From the human T2T-CHM13v2.0 reference genome, Homo sapiens: a DNA stretch of 64,000 bases. The stretch lies in NCBI RefSeq assembly GCF_009914755.1, contig NC_060931.1. One strand, written 5' to 3'. Both the position numbers and the translations under genes were made by a program. Below are positions 11,697 through 24,219 of this stretch, one piece after another (positions within the stretch are counted from its first letter, which is position 1; every line of letters begins with the position of its first letter). The notes beneath the pieces are model-generated. The model did not search any database. It worked only from the letters and a program-made list of their open reading frames with translations, and was not told where the DNA came from.

Positions 11697-14600
11697 CTTC
11701 AGATTACTCAGATGCGGGGGATAACCTGAATCCCTAAATTACTCGCCATTGTCGTGTCAAAGCTTCGCATCCCATATTCTTCAAATGAGCTGATTTCCTC
11801 TCATTCCTTTGCTCAGATTTATCCAGAGCAACCTACTGCCTCCACAATAGCTAAATCGATAGAGATTCTGACTAAAGATATGGACTTCCTCCTCCAGAAA
11901 CATGCGCAGAAGTGCATACACCATTTACTTCGTTTCACTGCACTGGAAGATGATTTACTGAACATAAGCAATATTTGTAAAGGATTATGCCTCCGTTCTC
12001 TTTTGAAAGAAAAATGACTGTTTCCTGGAAAAAAAATTTAGAAAATTCTGACTGTTCAGTAGTACATCTCAATGAGATCTAGTTTAAATGAGTTGAAACT
12101 GTGCTTTGGCTTTTGACATAGCAACATATACTTCATCTTTGATAACCCATTACAACTTTTTCCCTATGGCAACAAGTGCTGAAATCCTTGACTCACAAAG
12201 GTACGTATTTAATAGAACGAAAGCAGAATTGCATAGAATGGAATTTGCCAGGTTAAGGTGGCCTGCACACTGTAACACCAAATTCCTCCAAGACTTTCAA
12301 GTTAGATTCAAGTCACATTATTTCCTCTGCCTTCAAGTTCAATTAGACTTCTGGAAAGTCAGCAGATTTCTGTCTGGCTAGAGAAAAACATCTTACCCTG
12401 CTCCTGTTTCTTGGCAACACCTTTTGGAAAGGTGGTAACAGCTGCTGATATGGAAAGCACCGAGGCACAATGACGTGCAGCAATCCTTTCCTCATCAAGC
12501 AGGAAAACCATGCTGTGTTGCTGACATCACAGGTGCACCAGCTGCCCCCAGAGTGCAATTTTTCTTCTTCCATTTGAATATTTATTGAGAACGAATATTT
12601 TGAAGATGTTGACAGTCTTTCCAGTTTCCAAAAGGTGTTCTTAAATGGAGTTCTCCTTTGATGACATCAGCAAGCACATGAAAATGTGAAGCTGGATGCA
12701 CTGAGAGGCATCAACAGTTTCATTCATTTGCATGCTGAAGAGAAATATGCAGAGCTGCCCATTTCTTCCAAGTCTGAAGTGAGTGATGTCATTTGACAGA
12801 AGTAGGGCCTTAATTTTCTTTCATGGACCACATTTAAGAACCTTTGAGTCAAACTATTTGATTCTGCACTCCCCTTACACTATTGTTTCCCACCTCTGTA
12901 CTTTTGTTCTTGGCATTTCACCCATCGAAAAATGTTTTCTCCCTGCTCTCATCTATTCAAATCCTGTCCATCTCTCAAGACCTAGACCAAAGCCAGTCTC
13001 TTTCATTAAGCTTTCCCTGACTACTGCAGCCTGAAATGATCTCTCTTCTGAACTCTGACAATGGTTCCTATCTTTGACAGTTCTCAAAATGTGGTTCTGA
13101 GACCACCACCTTTAAAAATGCACCATATTATGTATTTTTACAAGCACCAGAAAGAGCTGTGGTAATTTTTCCTGTTTTCCTGAATCTTCTTTGCAACTCT
13201 TAAAAGAATAACTCACTTCCCAGATGGATGGAGAGAAGACTGACAATGATTATTTTTGCTGGGGTGATCAACTGACTCATCTGAATCATTCCTTTCTGTA
13301 CTCATTTTCACACAAATGTTTTGATTTGTCAGTTGTGTATCTGTCAGGTCTGTAGTGTCACTGCTGACTGCTGAAATCCTACATTTACCCATGGACTTTT
13401 CAATCACAACCTCCCAGTGCCATGGCCATCCTTCTAAGGATTCAGATGTTGCTACCATTTTCAAAATAACTTCACACTCTATGAGAAAGAATTTAAGCAG
13501 AGCTTAAAATGAAGGCAAGCACAGTTAGATGGAAATGGCTACAACTGACATCATATACTCAAATAAGATGTAAAATCAAATGTATTCTGGAACTGAGCAG
13601 CAACTTCAAGATCATCTCTTCCAACAGATTCACATGACAGGTGGGGGAAATGTGGAGAATGGGGTATTTCAGAGCAAGAAACTGAAATTTAAAAGAATAA
13701 AAATCTTAAAGTTAAAACAATAGCAAGATCACATACAGTCAAAGGCATTGTCCTAATTAGCTCATGGATTCAACATTAAGGATAAATAAAATTGAAGAAT
13801 TAAATGAAAAGAATTAAAGGATGAAAATAACTCAAAATGTAAAAGATGGATCACACTCATCTATAAACATGGCCCAAAAGACTGTCTTTGATATTACAAG
13901 TAACAAGATGACTTGGACTCAAAACCAGTTATGCTTATTCATAATAATAGTTATCATGTACTTACTGTATACCAGGAATTGGGCTAAGTGTTTTACATAC
14001 ATTAATCAACTCAACTGCATTAAATTCTAATAGAAAAAAAGTATCAAAAGAGAAAGTCTATAATACCTCTGTTAAGAAAAGAAATGAAGAAAGCAAAAGC
14101 TGGCCATGCATCTGCAGCCTGGTCTAGTAGAAAGGATGCTCTGCATATTGAACAATATCTGGTCTGAGTGGCAGTTGCATTCCTATGGGGAAGATGAGTG
14201 TGTTGCACTACCAGAGCTTACTGACACCGGTTGCTGAGAGCTGATTCAATGCTCACCAAGCAACCTTCTGATTATAATTTATTTTCCATGTAGATTTGCC
14301 TATTGGGAGAAAATGCACTGAACCATAAACATGAGAAATGATTGTGCCTGACACTTCCCATCTCAAATTAAAGAACTGAATTGTGGAATTTATACACTAC
14401 TATGAAGCCGGTTAAAGGGATACAGTCTTCTAATACCTAGTTACCTCTCTGGATGAACCAATAATCAGGGTCAGCCTTAGAAAGCAGTGGCCACATCAAA
14501 GTTCCTGTGAGGCCTGGCAGGGAGGCCAGCCTGCCCTCTGTCCTGCTGTCCACCTTCTTTAAACAGCAAAATCCCACGATTACACATACACACACACACA

Positions 14601-17050
14601 ATAACCATTTTAATTAGAAATGGAAATGATGAGAAAAGGAGGAACAAAATATAGTGTTTTTCCATGCTCTAGAGCACTAACTTGTGAGCTTAGTTTTTAC
14701 AGCAGATAAGGCCAAAGTGGTTTTTTCCCCCCAATGGCACCGATAAGTACTTATTTTGCTTATTAAAAGAATCAGTCACCTAAGCAAAAAGAAAAAGTCC
14801 AAGTAGAACTTGGACATATAAACTTTTACCAAAGAATAAATATAAAAATATTTCAGATGTCCACAAATATATGCAATACATCATTACTTAGGGGTGTTGT
14901 TTCCTTTTGGGATGTTTTGTTGGCCAGTTTTTGTTTTCTGACATCATCTCCATAGGAGAGAAACTTATAAATATGGCAGGATCCTAACATGACTTAATCA
15001 CAGTTCTTGACAAGACTTTTTGTTCATTATCTTACATCAAGAATTCCAAAGTCAGAATGCAGTAAGAACCCTTAGGACCCTGTGTTCAGGGTTGAGGATA
15101 ACACACGTAAAAGCTGTGCTAAAGCTATGAACATCAAGAATATGATCTTACTTGTTCAACTACTGAATTTTAACTATGATGATGGTGTTATGAAAATATA
15201 TTTTTAGTCTGATTAACTTTTTTTCCAATCAACAATGGTTGGAGTCTAATAGTATTTTCAGACAGAATTACCAAGTAAATAATACATTGAGAAGGCCTGC
15301 CATCTTTAGGAAGAAAGCAGAATTACTGACTAATTATCTAACATGAAGTTCAAATATAAGTACTCAACCTCTATGAATATTATCATGGACATTTGGCATG
15401 GGACACATTTTTAAATGGATTTGTCTTTTGTGACACAATTTGGTCCATAAGATCTAAAATCAAACGGTTCTGACAGGCTCTATTTTTCTCTGAAAGTTAA
15501 AGCAATAATTGCACTGATAGATAAGCTGGCCAAAAAAAAACCCAGAATGATCAAAATTAATGGTGTATTTTTATATAGATGATCATGAATCATATCAAGA
15601 TAAAAATATATAGTTACAAGCTGTTTTGAGAAACAAATGAAAGACTATTTCTGTGATATGCATTTGAGGTTGGAGATTTTAAAATTTAGAAAATGAAACA
15701 AACATTTGTGGTTTGACATTTTAACATCATTGCTTCTCACTGGCCTTGAGATAAACTGTTTGTACACACAGTACAAATTTTTACACAAGTCTGAAGGTAA
15801 ATGATTTCCCTGAAAACTTCATCTGCCAATTCTTTCTCAAATGGAAAAGTAAATATACAATTAGCTATTTTTGGTAACCAGCAATAACAGCTATTTATAA
15901 ATTTCCCTTATTATTTTTTAACTTTCAACATTATTTATCATAAATCAGTGACCCTCTCTTCCTGAAAGAAATGTGAAATACTACATCATGTTGCACGTGA
16001 GGTACTCAATATGCTAGAAATAAATAATAATTTAATACTCTGTCCATTCATATTAACAAAAAACAGTTGTTTAATAATAATAGGCAGTATAGCAAAATGG
16101 AAAGTTCATGGACCAAGGAACAAAAAAATCCCGGGCTCTACAATTTTCAGACATTGTTAAGTAAAAAAAAAGCAAGGTGCAGAAAGGTATGCATAATATG
16201 CTACCATCTGTGTGAAGGACAATGTATACATCTCCTTGATTGCACATACATGAAATAGCTCTTGAAAGTCCAAGAAATTGGTAACTTCTTGCCTCTGGGG
16301 AAGGTAATGGAAGAACTGAGAGATGGGGTAGGGAAAAAACTTACCTTTCACAGTATACCTTTTTGTACTTTTTAAAAACATGTTATTACATATTAAAATA
16401 ATCTTTAAGAGATAGCTGGCTTCTATTCCTGACTTCTTCATCAGCTACACATTTGACCTTGTGCAATCACTTACCTCAATTTTCTCCATTTTAAAATACT
16501 AAATCTCTAGATTCTCCATGTACAACTCAACAGAATTATGGCTCAATCGAAGGTATATACAAAATATCAGGTGGTGAAATAAAATAACTATTAGCCTTAA
16601 TTTGCAATGACTTACTCTTCTGTCTTTTTATTCTGTATTGAAAGTAAAAGTGTGATTAACCCACCTTTTTGACATATCCAAACTATTGCTTCTGAGATAC
16701 ACACTCTCAAAACATTTCAGTTATTGAGTAAATATTAAATGTAAGTATAAAGAGGTAGAATTTTGTGGTAGAGTTTCAAAATTGAAACTGAGATAGGAAA
16801 AAGCTGAAAATCACCCATATATCTCCAAAAAATTATCCCAAGAATCTTCTAAAAATCATCCATAATCTTTATAAACAGAAGATACTAAAAGAACCAGAGA
16901 AGGCCAAGAGTAGAGCAATAGAAAGCTTAGACCTGGAAAAATAGGACATGAAGAAGACACTACAAAAAAGAAATCAAAACTTATTGATAGCTTACAGGAC
17001 AGGAAGAATGGGGACAGGCCTGGTGATCCATTCTTTCATAATTCTACATG
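11697..17050 (-). pseudogene. Candidate decayed multi-exon gene or non-coding exon chain (unidentified)
   Basis: Series of AG/GT-flanked segments in repeat-poor DNA; the four central ones join in a nearly open frame. No homologue recognised. Confidence 0.3.
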
Positions 17051-17933
17051 CTGCAGGGTAAAACTGCTAGCCTTGGGTCTCAAAGGGCTTAGTCTAATCA
17101 TGGGGGGCAATGTAATTAATAACGCAATAATAACACAAAGGATAGAAGTGAAAAATAAATGGTAAGGTAAATGTGAGTTTATCAGAAGAGGTCTCTATGA
17201 GTTGGAACTGTCAAGAACAGATTCATAGAAGAAATAAGACTTTGAAGTCTACGTAATAAGCAAAGTGGTGGTGGTAGCATGGATAAAATGAAGAATTCAA
17301 GCAAGGAGAGTCAGTTCTAGTAGGATGGGAGCAGTAATCGTAGATAACAGGCTGATGAATTTAGTTTTAGACATAGTTTTATTCTAAATAGTAACTTGGC
17401 TAAAAATATTAAAAATTATTTTTCAAATGTTGGGTTGCCAAATTTTCTTTATAGATTACTACATAGGAATGATGACATGCTAGTAATATATCAAAACTGG
17501 CTGACTAGGCAAGATCAACACACATCTAGATCCAACTTTTTAATAGGCAGGGCCCTGAGGTATGAGAAAATCACACTTACACAGGATGTTTGGTAACCAT
17601 CTTCCAGTATTTTCTTGCAGGTACCTAATATTATTTCCTAACACAATTTTCATACTCAGGAATCAGCTCCACCCAAAAAACATAAACCAGGAAATCAAGA
17701 GGTGCCAGTTTTACTTTGCCATTGATTAAGTTTGTGGATTGGGCCTGGGTGATGAAATTGAGTGCTGTGGGTTTTAACTATATGAAAAAATGTCAAAACA
17801 AAAAAAACCAAAAGAACAATCTGTCAGTGATCTAGTGATTTTGTAAAGCTAAAGCAATGATGTATAACCACTTAACTTCTGGCAAAATACACATTATAAA
17901 TTCAAGATATTTGTTATTACATGGATAAAAAGT

Positions 17934-17985
17934 TGTGTCTGTGTGTGTGTGTGTATGTGTGTGTGAGAGAGAGAGAGTGTGTGTT
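17934..17985. repeat. (TG)n(AG)n(TG)n compound microsatellite
   Basis: Direct inspection. Confidence 0.85.
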
Positions 17986-20900
17986 GTTATTGGTAGCATA
18001 CTGATAAATCTTGTAAGAAATTTCTAAAAATGTATTTCTAAAATGTTGGCACAGGGCAAGAAAGAATATCAACAAATATAAAGAAGGCTATAAAGCAAAT
18101 GAAGTCCTCAATGCAGAAAGCATATATTCTAAAATTCTATTCTACTTTTGATTTTTGTTACAATCCTTCAAACACCCAAATACACATATCTTCATCAATA
18201 ATCTCTTAGTGATTTACTGGGGTGTGAATGAGAATATAGAGGCTTGCCAGGAAAAAAAAAATGATGTTTAAACAAAAAGAGACTGGAAACAGGTAAAAGT
18301 TTATGGTTAATATAATTGTGTGTTACAGCAGTGTGCCTTGTATTATTTGATGTGGATATTAGGCTTTAATGCTAATACCCATCATTGATTAAAGTATAAA
18401 TAACAAGAAAGAGAAACCATTTTCAAAGCATTAAAACAAAAAACTTAAAAATGTGTGTGTGTGTGTTTTTTTTACTCTAGATCATAAGGGAATAAAAAAA
18501 TTGTTTTATTATAGCTATCCTCTTCTAATTCAGGTCTGTCATTTCTACTATTGACTTCAGTTTTTAGGAGTTATAACTCAGCCATAAAATTTACTATATT
18601 GAAACTTGACAAAGTCTCCTGGGAATTCTTTCCTTTAAAGGCATATTTTAAAAGTTAATGCCAAAAAAGTTGGATACAGACCAATGGCATCTTGAGTGGT
18701 ATACAGACCTATGCTTTCTTTATTAAATCAATGGTTTCTATCCCAAGCAGGGCTGATTTCTGAAAAGTCATCTTGCATACCCTCATAAGTACCCACTGGC
18801 CTGGAGGTACGTGGTGGTAAATAGGCTGCTTCATTTCACTTTTAAGGAGACACAAATTTCCACTTCATACTAGTGTTTTCTAGATGGCAAGATCAGAAAC
18901 AGTTTTATCGTTAGGTTCTTCCTCCAGAAAGGAGGTGGAAAAGGGAAAAACCAATGAGGGCCACAGGATGACAACGCAGGATCTACATTTCATTAAATAT
19001 TCACCAGTCCAAAAAGTGCAGCTTTACAAAGTATAATTAATATATTTAAGTCATCTGTTCAACCTTTAATAGTACCTTTATTCCCTTAGACTCTGGCTAT
19101 GGATACTAAATTACTTAAGTTTCTCATACGGATTATGTCAAATTCTATCAGGATCTTATCAGCCAGATGGCTTTCTCCTAGTTTCCTTGACTAGATTAGG
19201 CACACAGACATAGTACCTGCCTAGATCAGAGGCATGGGGAGTAAATCATGAAAATTCCTGGACAGATCAAAGCTATGGGACTCAACAAATAAATCTTATT
19301 TGGTCCAAGAACACTAATCAATTGCTTTATTTTTTAAAATAAGATTTTTCCTTTTTCAAGAAATAATCTTTTAAAATAGGTCTTACAGATTTTATCTTAA
19401 AACCTCTCTGAATACAACACATAAATTAATTCATATTGCCTAATACTATTACAATTTAATTATTCAGTACTTCTCAGAGTAAAATCAAATACATGTTATA
19501 TTACATATTTTATATGGGGGTGGGGGTAACAGAGAGAGAGAGAGAGACAGCATCAGAGCTAGCCAAATACCTGCTCCCAAATGAAAAACTGAAATAGGTA
19601 GGTATTATCATAAATTACATAATAAATGAAAAGAATCCATGTAGTAGTATAATACATTGATTCTATTTATTCTTCCTGGTAATCCCTTCAAAGTCTATGG
19701 CTTCAACAACTACATGAATACTAATGACTTCTAAATCTCTAGCCCCTGGGCAATTTCTCTCCTGACCTCTAACCTGTATATTCTACTCCTATTAAGCATC
19801 TCCAATTAGATATCCCTCTACCACCTCAAACTCAACATATCTAAAACTTAATTCAGCATTTCCCCCTGGAAAAGTGTTCTTCTTCCTCCCGTATTCTTTG
19901 CCTTGAAGAATTGTGCCACCCACCTGCTCAACTAGAATGCCTGAAACTGAATCATACTAGATTCTTTCTTCGTCTCCACTGCCTGGAAAATTTCATTTCT
20001 GAAATAATTATTTCACCTGTATCCTTTTCTGTAGTCTCATTGCCAAAACCCGAATTTACGTCCTATCACTCTTACTTAGACTTCTGAAATAGTCTCTTAA
20101 TTGATTTCCCTCACACAATCCCACATCCCCACCTCCACTCCAATTCAGTCCCCTTGGTGCTATTATATGTCCCTGTTTATAATCTTTCAACGGTACTCCT
20201 AATTTTGAAATATAGTTCAAACTATTTACTTGGTACATAAAAGCCTTCTTGATTTGGCCATTTCCCTGTCTCATACTCCTTCCCTTAATCTACATGTGAT
20301 TTCATGTCTCTGTACCTACATGGAAACTTTTTCTGCCTATCTCTTTCAAAACTCAAGAATAAATTTAGGAATTATAAGTCTTTCCTAACTCCTCAGTGTG
20401 CCTTAATATTCCACTTCTGTGTCCTTATAATGTATTCCTCTTCCATCATACTTGAAGAGGAACTGCATTGCTTGTCTCTGTACCTGACTCAGTGCCTCGC
20501 ACGAAGCAGGAGCTTACTTGTTTACTGACTGAATGAAATAAGTCAATGTAAGACAGTGAAATCTGAAGAATACTCATGGAATGCTTTAACTTTTGATACT
20601 GAACAAGCTCTGCCAAAAAAATTGTTTAATTTGCTTATTATTACTAATCTGTCCCCAATCGTATTTTTAAATAATTTCTTTCATCTTCTATTCAATAAAG
20701 TGTGCTAAGTTGAAATCTTCAACCTTTAAAAGGCAAACACCTCATTTCAAACACAACTAGTCTTACAAGTAATAAACTCTTTAATTAACATGTAATACAA
20801 AGGCTTGCATTACTCAAGAGACTAAAAGGAATTTGGGTTAATTCAACCTAGCAAATACCTGTTTGCCTGCATACCTAGGACACCATCTACACATCAGCAG

Positions 20901-21647
20901 CATGTAAACAAATCTAGCTGTCACCACCCCCACAGCCCCCAAATCAACTACAGTCACGTCAGTAAATCTCCTGTCATGTATCATAGCCCCAGCATCCCTT
21001 CAGCTTCCTATGATCAACCCAGTAAGGTTTAGGTTATTTTTAATTCTTACCAACAAAGTTAATGTAGTTATTTAAAAGCTATAACACTATTTCCACCTCT
21101 GTATGCAACATACCAAATTAAAATTCTAGCAAAGAGGACCTGAAAGCAAAATATTTTTAAGAAATTAAAGTTATTTTTAAAATAGAACTTATTCAAAAAC
21201 AAAATTGTCAGTCAATGCCTTAAAAACAATAAACACACCTAGTCCTAACAATATCATAATGAAAATTAAGCATGTGTAATCTTCAGAGTTGAGTGTTATT
21301 TTTAAGAGGCAATAGAGTCTCTGAACAGATGACTTACTTCCTCTACTTGTCTTTTATTTGACCTCAGAGGACCATAGCTGACAGGAGGATCGGAAATGAG
21401 AAATTACTTTTAGATTCATGTTTATCATTTATCTGATGGTCATTGGAAAAAACGAAGGACAAAGTTTCATCCTCTGCGTACTGAAACTTTAATGGAAGAC
21501 AATATCCAAACCAAAACTATTTTAGACTGGATCTAAAGCCCATTACACTTCTCTTATAGAATAAGCAAGAGTAGGAAACAGATACACCACACTTAAATGA
21601 AAAAAAAAAAAAGGAAATCTTTTAAAATGTAGATGGTTATTATTTAT

Positions 21648-22000
21648 AGCCTTATTGTTCAAAGTGTGGATCACACACCATCAGCACGGACATCACATGG
21701 AGCTCGCTGGAACTGGAAAATCTCAGGTCACACCCAGAGCTCCTGACTCAGAATCTGCATTTTAACAAGGTCCCACATGATCATATATATGTTAAGGTTT
21801 GAGGTTCTTTGGTTTATATAGTTGAGTAGTTCTGAAAACCCATCAAATTACCCAGGTAGTTGGTACAAAATATATAGGAGCTTGGACACTACCACTAGAA
21901 ATTGCAATCTGATAGATGTGGAGTCAGCCAAACATCTGCATTTTTTCAAAATTTTGTAGGCAATTTGAATTCACATCCTGATTAAATAACCAACCACTAG
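21648..22000. mobile_element. Two adjacent MER5-like hAT elements
   Basis: caaagtgtgg...tcagaatctgcattttaacaag core and a second diverged copy. Confidence 0.6.
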
Positions 22001-22977
22001 TGTAATCAAAGGAATTTTGGCTTTACCAAAGTACAGAACTCCTTTAAATACCAAACTCCTCTACTCTAGTACATTGAAAATAACATTTTATGTATTCTTG
22101 TTTCAGACACTCTATTTTGTAAAACAGACAAATGTTAATTTATATATTTACATATAATCCTTTATAGGAGATTCAATAATCTCTCCTACAGAAAAGTTGA
22201 GGTCAACTCAGATGTATGCCCATTCTCCAAAGAGACCCAAACTGGTTCTTTGCTGGAACAAAATACATTTTAAATCACAAGGTATCACTAGCACATAATA
22301 CTGCTTGTGATTTTTTTTTTGTTAACGTGGTAAGTCATCCAAGATGGAAACTTTATTTATACTAACAGCAACTCAAATACTCAATTCAATCAACAACAAA
22401 GTTAAAATAAAGAGTCAAAAACATGAGAACTAAAATATGAAAAAATACTTTATCAGTGTCACTGATATCACTACAGGCATGTAATGAAGCATGCAAATGT
22501 GTACTTGGAGTATAATTAAGTTAGGAATAAAGACATAAGTTAGTGTTGCTTCTCATCAATAATGAGCAAAGAAGACTGATCCTGGCATGATACTGGAGCA
22601 GTTTTGCAGGTCACTTAACCAACAGCCTCCATCCAAAATGCATTCCCTCCACAAATTCTATAGGTCACAAACTGTACTCAGTATTGTGCTCAGCACTCAG
22701 GACACAAGGACGGACACAGCCCTGCCTTCAAGCGCCTTTTTCAGTCTAGTTGGGGAGACCCAAATAAACAGGTAGTTACAAAACATGGTACTAACTGCCA
22801 CAACAGGAGAGGGAGAGGGTAGGATGAGTATACTGAAGGGTACTCAGCTGCCTTGGACAGGGAAGGTTCCTAAGAGATGAGTCTTGAAAGAAGAGAGGTG
22901 GGTAATACAAGAGGACATTCCAAGCTGAGGCCTTAGAAAAAAGAGCACGAATTTGCACTTAAGAAAAATCACTCTAA

Positions 22978-23255
22978 GGCCAGGTGTGGTGGTGCATGCC
23001 TGTAATCCCATCGCTTTGTGAAGCCAAGTCAGGAGGATTGCTTGAGGCCAGGATTCGACACCAGCCTGAGCAACATAGAGAGACCTCATCTCTACAGAAA
23101 ATAAATAATAAAAATTAGCAAGGTGTGGTGGTACAGGCTTGTATCCCAGCTACTCAGGAAGCTGAGGAAGGAGAATCACCTGAGCCCAGGAGTTCGAGGC
23201 TGCAGTCAACTAGGATTATACCACTATGTACTTCATCCTGAGTGAAAAAAAGGAA
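22978..23255 (+). mobile_element. AluJ
   Basis: Diverged dimeric Alu; TSD aagaaaaatca(c/a)tct. Confidence 0.88.
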
Positions 23256-24219
23256 AAGAAAAATCAATCTGGCCTCAGACATGAAAAAAAGCCTAGACTT
23301 ATAAAATTCTTAAGAGTAATCAAGTCATATTTTTCTTCAGATCCTAAATGTTTAGTACAGTCCTTGGCATAAAGTAGTTGCTCAAGTGTAGATGGCTGAA
23401 TAAATGAGTGAATGGAATTATATGTAAAGAAATTTAAAAGTCCAATAAAGATGAATTCACTAATATTTATTCATTCCATATGTTCTAAATATAATCTATT
23501 CTTGATGACTCTGGATGAATAAACTCAGCTTATGTAGAAAAGTATATCTTTTGGAAAGGTTCTCATTCAACAGAGTTTCATTATTAAGCTTTAGAACTTA
23601 AGGCAAAACTGCTGATACCAAGTAAAAAGCTTAAAGCAAAACTATGTTGAATATGATTCTCTCCTAAGATGCTGAATATATGAGAAGCTACATAGTGAAG
23701 GCCCTATAAAAGATGAGGCCTCAGGCCTCAACGTGTGCACAATTCCAACAGAGACAGAATTATTCCAAGGCCAAGCATAGAGATACAATTATTCCAAGCC
23801 CCAGTGTAAGAACCACCTTTCCCAAAAAGCTTTTTGTGGAAAATGCCCAAAAATAATATTTAGACCAGGAAAAAAATCTAGTAAGCTGTTATTTGATTGG
23901 AATTTCTTCAGAAATACAAATAGCCTCCATGAGACAAGTGTGACACTAAAACTGCTTTGATTGAATCACTGTCAAGCCTGGTCCCATCTTCTGATTAGAA
24001 AGGTTCCACAGTGCCCTCACTGAAGTGTCAGTGTGGGGTAGTAAGTTGTTCACTCTCATCCTTAGGGAAATAAATGCAAAAAGCAAAAGAGAGAAGCCCA
24101 TTACTATTTTAAACTACAGATTAAGGTCTGTGAGAATGTACTAAGAGTCTAGGACCCTGTAATTTCCCTGCCTTTGCTACTTGGTATCTGTTTGCCTGCA
24201 CTGCCTGTACTTTGCTATT

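Noticed and set aside
11850-12345. Superficial resemblances of short minus-strand peptides to amidinotransferase (LKVLEEFGVTVCRP) and piggyBac transposase (LLRMFLEEEVHIFSQNLY)
   Set aside because: Too short, interrupted by stops and not extended by flanking motifs; cannot be supported without a search.
23750-23807. Diverged 29-bp tandem duplication (agaga..caattattccaag)
   Set aside because: Only two copies with no spacer structure; ordinary local duplication, not a CRISPR-like array.
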